Shown one piece after another: positions 1 to 11,426 of a stretch of DNA of 64,000 bases. A model generated the notes under the pieces. It searched no databases. It saw only the letters and a program-made list of their open reading frames with translations, and was not told where the DNA came from. The DNA is from a bacterium. GTDB taxonomy: Bacteria; SAR324; NAC60-12. The translations under genes were made by a program, and so were the position numbers. Within the stretch, counting starts at the first letter, position 1; each line of letters starts with the position of its first letter. The stretch spans positions 2,592,001 to 2,656,000 of the forward strand of contig OZ242383.1 in the NCBI GenBank assembly GCA_965209155.1. The letters run 5' to 3'.

Positions 1-1
1 G

Positions 2-352
2 GGCTTCGCCGATCCTGCGGAATCGTGGTTCGGTCTGGCACTCCATCCTGAAGATTTCGGTCAGACCCTGGGACACTACGGAGCCGGTAGTGGTTTCCAC
101 ATCGTACTGCCCTTGCTGGGGCCTTCCAACTTTCGAGACGCGCTGGGCAAGGTCACGGATCTTTACCTGCTGGACCCGGTGGGCCAATATCAAGACTCAC
201 GCGTGGTGACCGCAGCCCGGGTGATTGAAACGGTGAATAAGACCTCCCTCGAATTGGGACAGTACGAAAGCTTGCGTAAAGATGCCATTGATTTATATCC
301 TTTTTTGAGAAACGTCTATGAGCAAAATCGCAACAAACAGATCAAGGAGTGA
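2..352 (+). CDS. mlaA: VacJ/MlaA family lipoprotein, 5'-partial
   Basis: Frame open from window start: EDFGQTLGHYGAGSGFHIVLPLLGPSN motif; next to an MlaC-like gene. Confidence 0.85.
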   Translation, partial: GFADPAESWFGLALHPEDFGQTLGHYGAGSGFHIVLPLLGPSNFRDALGKVTDLYLLDPVGQYQDSRVVTAARVIETVNKTSLELGQYESLRKDAIDLYPFLRNVYEQNRNKQIKE

Positions 353-960
353 GCATGAAAATCCCGACTTTCGCATTCGTCTTCATCTTCATCCTGCTTT
401 TTCCCGTGCCTGGTCTGACGGATGAAGTGGAGGAAGTGGACCTGCTGGCCAAAGAAAAAATTGGGGCCATGATCGAGATCCTGCAAGACAAAAGCCTGGA
501 TAAAGCGACGCGCAATGCCCGGGTGATCACCTTGCTGGGCCCTCTCTTTGATTTCCCCAGGATGGCCCAGTTGAGCCTGGGTCAAAAGCATTGGAAAGAA
601 CTCAGCCCGGAAAAACGGGAGGAATTTTCCGATCTTTTTATCAGACGGATCCAAAATTCCTTCCTGGAGAAGTTGGACTTCTATGATGACGAGGAAGTGC
701 AATTCAAGGGAACCACGCAGGTTAAAAAAAGAATCCACGTGCTGACCCACCTGGTGTCCGGGGCCGAGAACATCGAGGTGCTCTACAAGCTTTACAAATC
801 GAGGCAGGGATGGAAAATCTACGACGTCGAAATACTGGGCGTGAGCATCATCCAAACCTACCGTTCCCAGCTGCAAAGCGCCCTGAAAAAGGGCAGTATC
901 GATGACCTGCTGGCAACGTTTCGTGCCGACGAATTGGAATCCTCCGGAGCAGGGCAGTAA
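349..960 (+). CDS. mlaC: MlaC/Ttg2D phospholipid-binding periplasmic protein
   Basis: Signal peptide; FDFPRMAQLSLG and WKIYDVEILGVS...YRSQ motifs. Confidence 0.8.
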   Translation: MSMKIPTFAFVFIFILLFPVPGLTDEVEEVDLLAKEKIGAMIEILQDKSLDKATRNARVITLLGPLFDFPRMAQLSLGQKHWKELSPEKREEFSDLFIRRIQNSFLEKLDFYDDEEVQFKGTTQVKKRIHVLTHLVSGAENIEVLYKLYKSRQGWKIYDVEILGVSIIQTYRSQLQSALKKGSIDDLLATFRADELESSGAGQ

Positions 961-982
961 GACCTTCCAAGCAACGATCCTC

Positions 983-3514
983 ATGTTGAGACGTTTATAC
1001 GAAGACTTCATTTTGCCGCACTCTCTCGTCGTCTCCCTTCTCCTGCTGGCAGTCTTTCTTTTTCTGGGATACGAGGCTCGCCAACTCGAAGTGGATGCTT
1101 CTGCGGAAACGTTGCTGCTGGAAGACGATGAGGACCTTCGTTTGACACGCACCATCAACAAACGTTTCGAGAGCCCCGATTTCCTGGTGATTGCCATCAT
1201 GCCGGCGGGGGATCTCCTCTCGGATAAAAACCTGGATCTCCTGCAACGGATCAAGGACGACCTGATCAAGCTGGAAAGGGTGGAATCCGTCATTTCGCTG
1301 CTCGACGTTCCCCTGCTGGAAAGCCCGCCCCGCCCCCTCCAGGAACTGCTCCAGGATGTCCCCACCCTGCAATCGCCAGGGATTGACAAAGCACTGGCAA
1401 AAAAGGAATTTCTCAACAGTCCCATCTACCGGAACCTGCTGGTCAGCACCGATTTCCGAACCACGGCCCTGCAAGTCAACCTGCAAAAGGACGAAGTGTT
1501 CCAGGCCCTGGTCGATCGTCGCTACGAACTGCGCCAAAAAGAAAAAGACGGGACACTCACGGCAGGCGAAAGCGAGGAATTGGCCAGGCTTCTCGTCGAT
1601 TTCAAGCAACACCGGGACCGAATGCGGATCAAACAGAAGCAGTTGGTGCAAGACGTCCGTGCCGTGATGGACGAATACCGGGACGAGGCGAAACTGTTCC
1701 TGGGTGGCATCAGCATGATCGTTGATGATTTGATCACATACGTCAAGAAGGACCTGCAGGTTTTCGGATTGGGGATATTGGTCTTTCTGATTATGACGCT
1801 TTGGGTGATTTTCCGGCAGTTCCGCTGGATTCTGCTTCCAATCCTGTGCTGTGGATTCGCCATGCTGGCCACGAGCGGGTTTTTGGGAATGTTCGGTTGG
1901 GAAGTGACCGTGGTTTCTTCCAATTTCATTTCCCTGCAATTGATCATCACCATGGCCATCACCATCCACCTGATCGTACGCTACCGGGAACTGCTACAAA
2001 AATACCCGGATGCGAACCAACGTCAACTGGTCCTGAAGACGGTTCTTTTCATGAGCAAACCCTGTTTGTACACGGCCTTGACGACCATCGCCGGCTTCGC
2101 ATCCCTGGTCCTCTCCGGTATCCTGCCGGTGATCCATTTCGGATGGATGATGAGCGTCGGTACCGCGATCTCCCTGGTGGTGTGTTTCCTGATTTTTCCC
2201 ATGGTGGTGATCCACCTGCCCAAGCTTCCCCCCAACGTGGCCTTCGAATCCAATTTTGCCCTGACCCGCAAACTGGCCCGTTTCACGGAACGCAACGGGC
2301 GCGCCATCTCAGGGGTCAGCCTGGTTTTAATCCTCTTCAGCCTCAGTGGCGCTGCTCGTCTGGAGGTGGAAAACAGCTTCATCGATTATTTCAAAGAATC
2401 GACGGAAATTTACCAGGGAATGAAGGTGATCGACCAGCATCTCGGAGGGACCACTCCCCTGGACGTGGTCCTGGATTTCGACGAAGCGGGAAGCGCTGTC
2501 TCGCAGCAAAATTCCGAAAGCCCGGATGAAGGAGTTGCCCTTCCCTCGAAGGAGGAGGGGGAAGAAGACGATTTCGACGAGTTCGAAGAGGAATTCGCAG
2601 AAGCCGGGGATGAGGCGCAGTATTGGTTCAGCGCCGACAAAATGGAGCAGGTCGAGAAACTCCACGACTATCTCGACCAGCTCCCGGAAACCGGAAAAGT
2701 CCTTTCTCTCGGCACCTTACTCAAAATCGGCAGAACCCTCAATGAGGGGGAATCCCTCGACGACTTCACGCTGGCGCTCATTTATAATCAATTACCCGAG
2801 CAGTTTCGCGAAATCATCCTCACTCCTTTCGTCTCCGTCGAACACAATCAAGCCCGCTTTTCGGTGCGCATCCGGGATTCGGAACCCGATTTGCGGCGCA
2901 ATGAATTGCTGCAGCGTATTCGGCATGAAGTGATCCACAAAGTCGGATTGCAGGAAGAAAAGGTGCAACTGGCCAACCTGCTGGTGCTCTACAACAACAT
3001 GCTGCAAAGCCTGTTTGATTCACAGATATTGACCCTGGGTGCCGTCGTCGCCGTTTTGATGCTTATGTTTTTGCTGCTCTTCCGCTCCCTGAAAATCGCA
3101 TGCATTGCCATTTTTCCGAATATTCTTTCCGTGGGAGTGGTGTTGGGATTCATGGGGTGGGCCGGCATCCCGCTGGATTTGATGACGATCACCATTGCCG
3201 CCATCAGCGTGGGCATTGCAGTGGACAATACCATTCACTACATTTATCGATTCCGGAGCGAATTTTCCAAAGACACCAACTACCTGGCCACCATGCACCG
3301 TTGTCATGGAAGCATCGGTTATGCCATGTATTACACTTCCTTTACCATCATCGTCGGTTTCTCCATACTGGTCTTTTCGAACTTTATTCCCACCCTCTAT
3401 TTCGGTTTACTGACCGGACTGGCCATGTTCATCGCGCTCATTGCCGCCTTGACCCTGCTGCCACACCTCCTGGTGCGGCTGGAACCTTTTGGTGAAGAAG
3501 CCCCACTTCCTTGA
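983..3514 (+). CDS. MMPL/RND family transporter
   Basis: Two repeats of large soluble loop plus TM bundle; GIAVDNTIH motif; ATG at 983 preferred over the overlapping 902 start. Confidence 0.85.
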   Translation: MLRRLYEDFILPHSLVVSLLLLAVFLFLGYEARQLEVDASAETLLLEDDEDLRLTRTINKRFESPDFLVIAIMPAGDLLSDKNLDLLQRIKDDLIKLERVESVISLLDVPLLESPPRPLQELLQDVPTLQSPGIDKALAKKEFLNSPIYRNLLVSTDFRTTALQVNLQKDEVFQALVDRRYELRQKEKDGTLTAGESEELARLLVDFKQHRDRMRIKQKQLVQDVRAVMDEYRDEAKLFLGGISMIVDDLITYVKKDLQVFGLGILVFLIMTLWVIFRQFRWILLPILCCGFAMLATSGFLGMFGWEVTVVSSNFISLQLIITMAITIHLIVRYRELLQKYPDANQRQLVLKTVLFMSKPCLYTALTTIAGFASLVLSGILPVIHFGWMMSVGTAISLVVCFLIFPMVVIHLPKLPPNVAFESNFALTRKLARFTERNGRAISGVSLVLILFSLSGAARLEVENSFIDYFKESTEIYQGMKVIDQHLGGTTPLDVVLDFDEAGSAVSQQNSESPDEGVALPSKEEGEEDDFDEFEEEFAEAGDEAQYWFSADKMEQVEKLHDYLDQLPETGKVLSLGTLLKIGRTLNEGESLDDFTLALIYNQLPEQFREIILTPFVSVEHNQARFSVRIRDSEPDLRRNELLQRIRHEVIHKVGLQEEKVQLANLLVLYNNMLQSLFDSQILTLGAVVAVLMLMFLLLFRSLKIACIAIFPNILSVGVVLGFMGWAGIPLDLMTITIAAISVGIAVDNTIHYIYRFRSEFSKDTNYLATMHRCHGSIGYAMYYTSFTIIVGFSILVFSNFIPTLYFGLLTGLAMFIALIAALTLLPHLLVRLEPFGEEAPLP

Positions 3515-3573
3515 GAGGGGCAGGCGGAGAGGACACTTTCACGTTCAAAGACATCCTTTTTCGAAGACCTCCT

Positions 3574-4686
3574 TCAGAATTTGACGGGTCTGGCATGCGC
3601 CAATGATTCCCGAACCATGCGCAATTGCTCCGATCCGTTTTGCGCTTCCTCCCGCGTTTCAAAAAAACCCAGGCGGATGCGGTAGCGGACTTTATTGTCC
3701 ATCATTTGATAAGCCAGGTAAGAAAAAAGCGAGATTTCCATCAACTCCGGCAAGTCTTCGATGGCTTTTTCCTGCGAATCGTACAAAGGCAGTTCAACGA
3801 ACCAGGGTTTGTTCCGCTGCGCTTGCAGATCAACCAATTGTCGATCCCGTTCCGGCTGAGTGGGTAAAACCGCCCAATAATTTTTTGGTAAATCGATTTC
3901 GTCACGGTATCGAAAATAGATTTCCTCTCCAATACTTTGCGCCGCTTCCGTGGTTTTGAAGAAGCCGACCCGGATACGGAACCAGTATTTGTTGTCAAAT
4001 TTTTGCCGGGTGCGGTGCATGTAAGCATAGTAACCGTCATGGACCAGGTCATGCAGTAACTGCAGCGCTTTGCCGAAATCTCGACGCTCTACCGAAAGAA
4101 CCTGAACGGCATATTTTTCTCTTTCCATACGAGTTAAAATATTTTCCTGGTCACCCACTTCATGCCTCGATCGGATTTTCAGTTCCGTGTCGGATTGCGC
4201 AATCTGCCACATGCGGGTATCTCGAGGTAAAATGGTAGAATTCAATTTGTACTCGTTTTGAATGAGAATCGTGTGCCATCCTCCGGACTCATTTTTTTCA
4301 CTTGTGGAGGAAAGCACGTGCCAGGGATTTTCTCCGGTTTCCATCAAGGCTCCTCGAGTGAGGGGCGTGAAAATGCTTCCCTCTTCGATCCCGGCAGATT
4401 GAACGGGCATTTCCTTTTCGGTTCCCGTCCCCGGAACCGCCCTGAGCCCTGCGGGCCAGGTCCCTCCTTCAATGGGTGGAGATGCGATGGGCTCGATCGT
4501 TACGACTTCTTCGTCTGCGCTGAGTGGAATGCCACTCGTTGGTCGCTCCCCCGGAGCTTGCGAGCGTTCCTGTTCCAGGACCATGGAAATCGTATTGCTT
4601 TCTTGCAGGGAGATTTGATAAAGTGCTGCAAGCATTGCTGCTAAAAGTACAATCGGAATCGTCCAGAAAATCGACCTGGCTGTCAT
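3574..4686 (-). CDS. SPOR-domain membrane-anchored protein
   Basis: N-terminal TM; two SPOR-like repeats (WFRIRVGFF, YRIRLGFF). Confidence 0.65.
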   Translation of the reverse strand: MTARSIFWTIPIVLLAAMLAALYQISLQESNTISMVLEQERSQAPGERPTSGIPLSADEEVVTIEPIASPPIEGGTWPAGLRAVPGTGTEKEMPVQSAGIEEGSIFTPLTRGALMETGENPWHVLSSTSEKNESGGWHTILIQNEYKLNSTILPRDTRMWQIAQSDTELKIRSRHEVGDQENILTRMEREKYAVQVLSVERRDFGKALQLLHDLVHDGYYAYMHRTRQKFDNKYWFRIRVGFFKTTEAAQSIGEEIYFRYRDEIDLPKNYWAVLPTQPERDRQLVDLQAQRNKPWFVELPLYDSQEKAIEDLPELMEISLFSYLAYQMMDNKVRYRIRLGFFETREEAQNGSEQLRMVRESLAHARPVKF

Positions 4687-4704
4687 AAGGACCCTGTATT
4701 ATGA

Positions 4705-4931
4705 AGGCACAAAGGAAGAGAGGCACAAAGGCACAAAGGCACTGAAGGAAGGCACAGAGGCACAAAGGCACAAAGGCACAAAGGAAGAGAGGCACAAAGG
4801 CACAAAGGCGTGAAGAAAGGCACAATGGAGACTTGTGAAGGAACTGAAAACTGATAACCGATAACTGGTATAAAGGCATACTGGATTCCTGGTCTGTGCC
4901 AGGAATGACACTTTTTTAACTTCTGATTCAT
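4705..4931 (+). repeat. Mosaic array of AGGCACAA octamers, CTGATAA heptamers and a GGATTCCTGG-N-CCAGGAATGAC palindrome
   Basis: Directly visible repeats; boundaries approximate. Confidence 0.9.
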
Positions 4932-4971
4932 GTAATTATATTTCAAGCATTTGAGGAGAATAGTCAATTCG

Positions 4972-6213
4972 ATGGAAATCATCAACAATGCTATGTGGTT
5001 AGGAGGAATTTCTGTTGAGGAGTTGATGCAGGAATACGGTTCTCCTTTATATGTCTACGACGAGCAGACCATTCGTGCGCAGTTTCGCAAACTGAAGCAG
5101 AGTTTTCCAGGAATTTCATTACAAATTCACTATGCGATGAAAGCCAATCCCAACCCGGCCTTGTTGAGCATTCTCCGGGAAGAAGGCGCGTGGGTGGATA
5201 CGCTTTCCCCGTGGGAAGCCCAATTGGCCCTGGATGCCGGATTTCCTCCGGAACACCTGTTGTTCACGGGCAACAACGTGCCTCTCGAAGAAATCGATTA
5301 TTGCCGGGAACGGCAGATTCCGGTCAACATCGAATCCCTGTCCCTGCTCGAGCAATTTGGTGAATCGTATCCGGGAGACGCACTGTCTTTGCGCATCAAT
5401 CCTGGAGTGGGAAGCGGGCACCATGCCCACTGCATCACCGGCGGACCCCTCTCCAAATTCGGCATTTACCACGATCAACTCGACCGGGCCAAGGGATTGC
5501 TGCAGCAATACGATCTCTCCCTGACGGGCATTCATGCCCATATCGGTACGGGGATCCTCGACCCGGAACCGATGCTGGAAGCGATGAGTCTGATTTTATC
5601 CATTGCCCGGGATTTTCCCGGATTACAATTCATCGATATCGGCGGAGGATTTGGAATTCCCTATCATCCCCACCAGGCTCCCCTGGACCTCACGCTACTC
5701 GGTACCAAAATAAGCAGCCTTTTCCGGCAGTTTTGTGAAGAATATGGCAATTCACTGGATTTGAAGATCGAACCGGGGCGATTTTTAATCGGTTCCGCAG
5801 GGACGCTTTTGGCAACGGTCAACAATATCAAGAATACGCCACGCTACCAATTCGTGGGAGTCGATACGGGTTTCAACCATCTTTTGCGTCCTGCCCTTTA
5901 TGGCGCGTACCATCGTCTTTGCAATGCTTCCTGTATGGAAGGGGATCGCTCTCCTGTGGTACTGGCCGGCAATATATGTGAAACCGGCGACGTCTTGACG
6001 CATACGACCGAAGGAATCAGCGAACAATGGCTCCCTGCTTTGCATCTCGGGAACCGGGTGGCCATCCTGGATACAGGCGCATACGGGATGGCCATGAGTT
6101 CCCAATACAACATGCGGCCTCGTCCTGCGGAAGTGTTGGTGAATGAGGGAAGGTCGGCATTGATCCGCAAACGCGAGACCTATGAGGATTTGACCAGGAG
6201 CTTTATCACCTGA
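4972..6213 (+). CDS. lysA: Diaminopimelate decarboxylase
   Basis: YAMKAN PLP lysine, HAHIG, GGGFGI, EPGRF, CETGD, GAYG motifs. Confidence 0.95.
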   Translation: MEIINNAMWLGGISVEELMQEYGSPLYVYDEQTIRAQFRKLKQSFPGISLQIHYAMKANPNPALLSILREEGAWVDTLSPWEAQLALDAGFPPEHLLFTGNNVPLEEIDYCRERQIPVNIESLSLLEQFGESYPGDALSLRINPGVGSGHHAHCITGGPLSKFGIYHDQLDRAKGLLQQYDLSLTGIHAHIGTGILDPEPMLEAMSLILSIARDFPGLQFIDIGGGFGIPYHPHQAPLDLTLLGTKISSLFRQFCEEYGNSLDLKIEPGRFLIGSAGTLLATVNNIKNTPRYQFVGVDTGFNHLLRPALYGAYHRLCNASCMEGDRSPVVLAGNICETGDVLTHTTEGISEQWLPALHLGNRVAILDTGAYGMAMSSQYNMRPRPAEVLVNEGRSALIRKRETYEDLTRSFIT

Positions 6214-6243
6214 TTCGAGACCCGGGCGCCTGGAAAAACGGGT

Positions 6244-7569
6244 TCACAGAACGGCCAACAGGACGCCCGCCGCGATTGCGGAGCCGATCACCCCGGCAAC
6301 GTTGGGGCCCATGGCGTGCATCAGCAGAAAATTTTGAGAATTGGATTCGAGACCCACTTTGTTGGCAACTCGCGCTGCCATGGGAAGCGCAGATACCCCG
6401 GCAGCGCCAATCAAGGGATTGATGGGCGTTTTCAGAACCCGGTTCATCACTTTGGCCATCAAGACTCCTGCGGCCGTACCCACGCAAAAAGCGAGCATCC
6501 CCAACACCAGGATGCCCAGTGTTTCCAGGTTGAGAAATTGTTGGGAGGACAACTTGCTACCCACCCCCAACCCGAGGAAAATGGTGACGGTGTTGATCAG
6601 GGCATTTTGTACGGTTTGCGAGAGACGCTCGACCACCCCGCATTCTTTGAGCAGGTTGCCAAACATCAGCATCCCGATCAAGGGGGCTGCTGATGGAAGT
6701 AAGAGGATACAAAGCGCGAGGACGACGAGGGGGAAGAGGATTTTTTCCCGACGAGACACGTATCGCAATTGGGACATCTCAATGCTTCGTTCTTCTTCAG
6801 TGGTGAGCCATTTCATGATGGGTGGCTGAATGAGGGGGACCAGGGCCATATAGGAATAAGCTGCCACGGCGATCGAGCCCAACAGGCGGGGAGAAAGCTG
6901 ACTGGCCAGGAAGATGGCCGTGGGTCCGTCCGCCCCTCCAATGATTCCAACGGCAGCCGCGTCAGGCAGAGAAAAACTGATTCCGGGAATAGCGTTCAAG
7001 GCGAGGGCCCCCAGTAAGGTGCTGAAAATGCCAAACTGCGCGGCTCCTCCGAGGAATGCCGTTTTGGGATTGGCGATCATGGGTCCGAAGTCCGTCAATG
7101 CGCCGACGCCCATGAAAATCAGTAAGGGCAAGACTCCCGTGTCGATTCCCAGGTCGGCAACGTATTTGAGCAACCCGCCTTCTTCCACCAGACCTGCCAG
7201 TGGAATATTGGCAAGAATGGCTCCAAAACCGATGGGAATCAATAAGAGCGGTTCGAATTTCCTGGCAATTCCTAAAAAAAGGAGCAACCCCCCGACGGCA
7301 ATCATCAACGCGCGTCCTGGTCCTTCATTCCAGTGAAATGGGTGGGTCGAGAAGAATGAGGCAATACCCGTCGTCTTATAAAGTTTTCCCGCAAGCTCCC
7401 GGAATGGTGGCAAGCTGTTGGATTCCATGTTTTGCCGGGCCTCGTCCTGTCGAGGAGTATCGCTCGCAAGCGGTTCCTCAGCTTGCGCCGCCGCCAATGG
7501 CAGGAAGAGAATGAAAAGCAGCAGCATCGATACATTTTTCATCGTGGCCACCGGGTCGGACTTAAGCAA
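6244..7569 (-). CDS. oadB: Na+-translocating decarboxylase beta subunit
   Basis: [26 protein letters not shown] motifs; start codon uncertain. Confidence 0.93.
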   Translation of the reverse strand: MLKSDPVATMKNVSMLLLFILFLPLAAAQAEEPLASDTPRQDEARQNMESNSLPPFRELAGKLYKTTGIASFFSTHPFHWNEGPGRALMIAVGGLLLFLGIARKFEPLLLIPIGFGAILANIPLAGLVEEGGLLKYVADLGIDTGVLPLLIFMGVGALTDFGPMIANPKTAFLGGAAQFGIFSTLLGALALNAIPGISFSLPDAAAVGIIGGADGPTAIFLASQLSPRLLGSIAVAAYSYMALVPLIQPPIMKWLTTEEERSIEMSQLRYVSRREKILFPLVVLALCILLLPSAAPLIGMLMFGNLLKECGVVERLSQTVQNALINTVTIFLGLGVGSKLSSQQFLNLETLGILVLGMLAFCVGTAAGVLMAKVMNRVLKTPINPLIGAAGVSALPMAARVANKVGLESNSQNFLLMHAMGPNVAGVIGSAIAAGVLLAVL

Positions 7570-9346
7570 TTGTCATTAAAGACGCTCCGGCCGGAAGAGA
7601 ATCTCCGCTTTTCACGTGAATGGCCAGCACTTTTCCAGACCTGCCGGCTTTGATCTCGCTTTCCATCTTCATGGCTTCCATCACCAGGAGGGGTTGTTCG
7701 GTAACAACGTTTTCTCCGGGATGGACCAGGATTTTGAGAATATTGCCCGGAGTGGGGGCAGTGATGATTTCTCCGGAGGCCGGAGGAGCGTACCCGGGGG
7801 ACGGCGGTGCGGGAGTGGCATGCAAGGATCCATCATCCGCCGAGACGGAAACCTGGTAGGAGCGACCGTCCACGGAAATCTTATAATGGCGGGGCCCGGG
7901 TCTTGGTGGCAAGGGATCGCGTTTCAGTTCAACCTCGGACCGGGATGAGGACTGCGCGCTTTTCTTGCGGATGTTCAATTTCGCTTTGCCAAGAAGGAAA
8001 TCCAGGCCTTTGCTTTCACAACTGGCGATAATAAACAGGTTTTCATCCGTGACCGGAAGCCGATTTTCCTGCAGAATTGCTTTGGCTTTGGGGATCCCCG
8101 GTTCCAAGACGTCCAAAGGATCTTCGCTGAAGACGGGTTTGTCCAACTGTTCGGAAGCGAGTGCCACGATTTGAGGGTCTGGTTCGACGGGAGTGGCTCC
8201 AAAATATCCCAAAACCATGTTGCCATAGCCTTCCGTGATTTTCTTCCATCTTCCCAAGGTCGTATTGGCGTAGGCCTGTTGGAAATAAAACTGGGAAACG
8301 GGAGTCACGGAAGTGGCGAATCCTCCCCGTCGCACCACTTCCGACATCTCTTTGATCACCTGCGGATAGAGATGCAGGGTTCCCGTATCTCGCATCATCA
8401 TCGTGTTGGCAGTCAATGCGCCTCCCGGCATGGGAGAGAGCGGAATCATGGGGGACACCATTTTCGCTTCCGGTGGCACATAATAATCTTTCATGGCGTC
8501 CTCAAAGACTTCTTCTGCCTGCAAAATCTTTTCAATATCCACATCCAAATCAAAATCAGTCCCTTTGAGGGCATGCCACATGGAAAGGATATCGGGTTGA
8601 CAGGTGCCTCCACTGACCGGGCTCTTGCACAGGTCGATGCCATCCGCCCCCCCTTCGAGGGCTGCCAGGTTTTGAGAGATTCCCACACCGGCCGTATCGT
8701 GCGTATGAAACCAGAGAACCGTTCCTCCAGGAACCATTTTACGTGCGCCTTTCACCGTCTCGTAAACCTTGTGGGGATTGGCCGTCCCACTAGCATCTTT
8801 GAAGCAAATCGACTGAAAAGGAATATCCGACACCAGGATTTGGCGGAGACGTTCCAGGTAAAATTCGGTGGTGTGCGCCCCTTCGCAGCCAGGGGGCAAG
8901 TCCATCACGGCAATGACGATCTGGTGGTGCAGTCCATAGTGGTCGATTCGCTCTCCGGAATAGCGAAGGTTGTTGACGTCGTTCAAAGCGTCGAAATTAC
9001 GGATCGTGGTGATTCCATGTTTTTTGAACATCCTGGCATGCAGGTCGATGACGTCCCGTGGTTGTTGACTGAGCGCCACCACGTTGATTCCGCGGGCCAG
9101 CGTTTGTAAATCCGCTTCGCTTCCGGCCACCTCGCGAAATCGATCCATCATGTCGAAGGCGGATTCATTGCAATAAAAAAACAAACTCTGGAATCGTGCG
9201 CCTCCCCCTGCTTCAAAATGTTGAATTCCCGCATCGACGCTGGCCTGTAATGCCGGCAGGAAATCATCGGTCAACACTCTCGCTCCGAAACAGGATTGAA
9301 AGCCATCCCGAAAAGACGTATCCATGAATTTAACGATCTTTTTCAT
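7562..9346 (-). CDS. oadA: Oxaloacetate decarboxylase alpha subunit (carboxyltransferase + biotin carrier)
   Basis: RDGFQS, HTHDT, PGGA motifs and EAMKM biotinylation site; in operon with beta and gamma subunits. Confidence 0.9.
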   Translation of the reverse strand: MKKIVKFMDTSFRDGFQSCFGARVLTDDFLPALQASVDAGIQHFEAGGGARFQSLFFYCNESAFDMMDRFREVAGSEADLQTLARGINVVALSQQPRDVIDLHARMFKKHGITTIRNFDALNDVNNLRYSGERIDHYGLHHQIVIAVMDLPPGCEGAHTTEFYLERLRQILVSDIPFQSICFKDASGTANPHKVYETVKGARKMVPGGTVLWFHTHDTAGVGISQNLAALEGGADGIDLCKSPVSGGTCQPDILSMWHALKGTDFDLDVDIEKILQAEEVFEDAMKDYYVPPEAKMVSPMIPLSPMPGGALTANTMMMRDTGTLHLYPQVIKEMSEVVRRGGFATSVTPVSQFYFQQAYANTTLGRWKKITEGYGNMVLGYFGATPVEPDPQIVALASEQLDKPVFSEDPLDVLEPGIPKAKAILQENRLPVTDENLFIIASCESKGLDFLLGKAKLNIRKKSAQSSSRSEVELKRDPLPPRPGPRHYKISVDGRSYQVSVSADDGSLHATPAPPSPGYAPPASGEIITAPTPGNILKILVHPGENVVTEQPLLVMEAMKMESEIKAGRSGKVLAIHVKSGDSLPAGASLMTIA

Positions 9347-9349
9347 TTT

Positions 9350-9592
9350 TCAGCTCCCTCCTGATTCGAAGGCGTTGATTGCTGCTGCAAAAACCGCGAT
9401 GGGTACCTCCTCTCGAGGAGAGGCGATCGTTTCCAATTTTTTTTGATTTTCCCTTTTCATGAATTCCGCTTCGCGTTTGGTTTGATGACGGCACATCCAG
9501 GCGACTTTCCCCAAGCACCAGACCATCACCGTCAAAAACAAAAAAACGGCGCCCATTCCCATAATCATCAATTTGAAACCTTCCAGTAACAT
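9350..9592 (-). CDS. oadG: Decarboxylase gamma subunit (OadG family)
   Basis: GMGAVFLFL TM segment and IAVFAAAI C-terminus; directly upstream of oadA. Confidence 0.85.
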   Translation of the reverse strand: MLLEGFKLMIMGMGAVFLFLTVMVWCLGKVAWMCRHQTKREAEFMKRENQKKLETIASPREEVPIAVFAAAINAFESGGS

Positions 9593-9697
9593 GGATTCCC
9601 GGATTGTTGCGTTTGAATATTGCCTTCCCTTTGGCGAAGATTCTAACACATTTCAGAATAATAGATAGTCTGAATCCATTCTTTAGGCCAATGCTTG

Positions 9698-10220
9698 AAG
9701 AAAGGCACAAAGGCACAAAGGGGGAAGGCACAAAGGCACAAAGGCACAAAGGCACGAAGAAAGGCACAAAGGCACAGAGGCACAAAGGCACAAAGGAAGA
9801 GAGGTGCTTCCTGAAAGAACTGATAACTGATAACCGATAACTGATAACTGATAACTGATAACTGATAACTGATAACCGATAACTGATAACTGGCACAGAG
9901 GCGCAAAGGAAGAGAGGCACAGAGGCACAAAGGCACAAAGGCACAAAGGAAGAGGGGCACAAAGTTGACTCGACAAGGAACTGATAACCGATAACCGATA
10001 ACTGATAACTGGCACAGAGGCGCAAAGGAAGAGAGGCACAAAGTTGAGTCGTCAAGGAACTGATAACTGATAGCCGATAACTGATAACTGACAACCGATA
10101 ACTGATAACTGATAACCGATAACTGATCACTGGCGCCAAGGCGCCATGGCACAAAGGCACAAAGGCATACGGGATTCCTGGGGATGCCGGGAATGACACG
10201 TTTTTTGACTCCTGATTGAC
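9698..10220 (+). repeat. Alternating blocks of AGGCACAA octamers and CTGATAA heptamers ending in a palindrome
   Basis: Three octamer/heptamer alternations; palindrome near 10172-10197. Confidence 0.9.
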
Positions 10221-10302
10221 TTGAGGAATTGTGACTTTCCTTTTGAATTTATCCCCGCTAGAATGGGTTATTTATTTTTTCATCATCAATAGAGGAGGAT
10301 CT

Positions 10303-10962
10303 ATGTCACTGCGAATTAATGACGAAGCGCCGAATTTCACGGCTGAAACGACCGAAGGGACCATCGATTTTCACCAGTGGATTGGAGATCAGTGGGCGAT
10401 TCTTTTTTCCCACCCTAAAGATTTTACCCCCGTCTGCACCACCGAATTGGGTTATATGGCAGGGCTTGCTTCAGAATTTGCCAAGCGAAATTGCAAAGTC
10501 ATCGGTCTGAGTGTGGACCCGGTCCCGGATCACCGGGGATGGGCTAAAGATATCGAAGAAACCCAGGGACATGCGATCAATTATCCCTTGATCGGCGACA
10601 CGGAGCTCGCGGTTGCCAAACTCTACAATATGCTCCCTGCCGATGAACCCGGTGGTTCGGAAGGGAGAACGGCCGTTACCAATGCTACCGTCCGTTCCGT
10701 ATTCATCATTGGTCCTGATAAAAAAATTAAATTGATGCTCACCTATCCCATGACCACGGGGCGAAATTTCGATGAAATCCTCAGGGTGCTGGACTCGATG
10801 CAACTCACCGCCAAACACAAGGTGGCCACTCCGGTGAATTGGCAAGATGGCGACGAGGTCATTATCGTTCCTGCCGTCAGCAACGATGAAGCCCAAGGTA
10901 TGTTTCCGGAGGGTTGGAAAACCGTAAAACCTTACCTGCGCCTGGTGAAACAACCCCAATGA
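10303..10962 (+). CDS. 1-Cys peroxiredoxin (Prx6 family)
   Basis: FSHPKDFTPVCTTE; GRNFDEILR; AGGAGG RBS before ATG 10303. Confidence 0.93.
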   Translation: MSLRINDEAPNFTAETTEGTIDFHQWIGDQWAILFSHPKDFTPVCTTELGYMAGLASEFAKRNCKVIGLSVDPVPDHRGWAKDIEETQGHAINYPLIGDTELAVAKLYNMLPADEPGGSEGRTAVTNATVRSVFIIGPDKKIKLMLTYPMTTGRNFDEILRVLDSMQLTAKHKVATPVNWQDGDEVIIVPAVSNDEAQGMFPEGWKTVKPYLRLVKQPQ

Positions 10963-10979
10963 TGGCTGTTTCTCCCTGC

Positions 10980-11397
10980 AAAGAGAGGCACAAAGGCACA
11001 AAGGCACAGAGGCACAAAGGCACAGAGGCACAAAGGGGGGAAGAGAGGCATACTGGATTCCTGGTCTGGGCCAGGAATGTCACTTTCTTGGTTTCCCTGG
11101 ATTCCTGGTCTGGGCCAGGAATGACACTAAGGGAAGGCACAAAGGCACAGAGGGAAGGCACAAAGGAAGAGAGGCACAAAGGCACAAAGGGGGGAAGAGA
11201 GGCACAAAGGCACAAAGGGGGGAAGAGAGGCATACTGGATTCCTGGTCTGGGCCAGGAATGTCACTTTCCGGCCAGGCACGAAGGCACAAAAGAGATTCG
11301 TGAAGGAACTGATAACCGATAACCGATAACTGGTGCCAAGGCACAGAGGCACAAAAGGGGGAAGGCACAGAGGCACAAAGGCACAAAGGGGGAAGGC
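10980..11397 (+). repeat. Mosaic octamer/heptamer/palindrome array between convergent genes
   Basis: AGGCACAA runs, three GGATTCCTGGTCTGGGCCAGGAATG palindromes, short heptamer run. Confidence 0.9.
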
Positions 11398-11426
11398 GAT
11401 GCTTCGGTTGCGATCTTTTTAATTTT

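Noticed and set aside
316..1969. Long antisense ORFs (316-1425, 995-1969 and similar elsewhere)
   Set aside because: Shadow frames of well-supported genes on the opposite strand, with no recognisable motifs.
9330..10199. ORFs rich in LCAFVPL / SYQLSVI / GTKAQRH (also near 4.5-5, 10.9-11.4, 18.2-18.9, 23.5-24.2 and 63.2-63.5 kb)
   Set aside because: Translation artefacts of stop-poor octamer/heptamer repeats, open in several frames at once.
9698..10220. Repeat arrays as CRISPR arrays
   Set aside because: Units are 7-8 nt tandem repeats with no constant-length unique spacers, and no cas genes were recognised.
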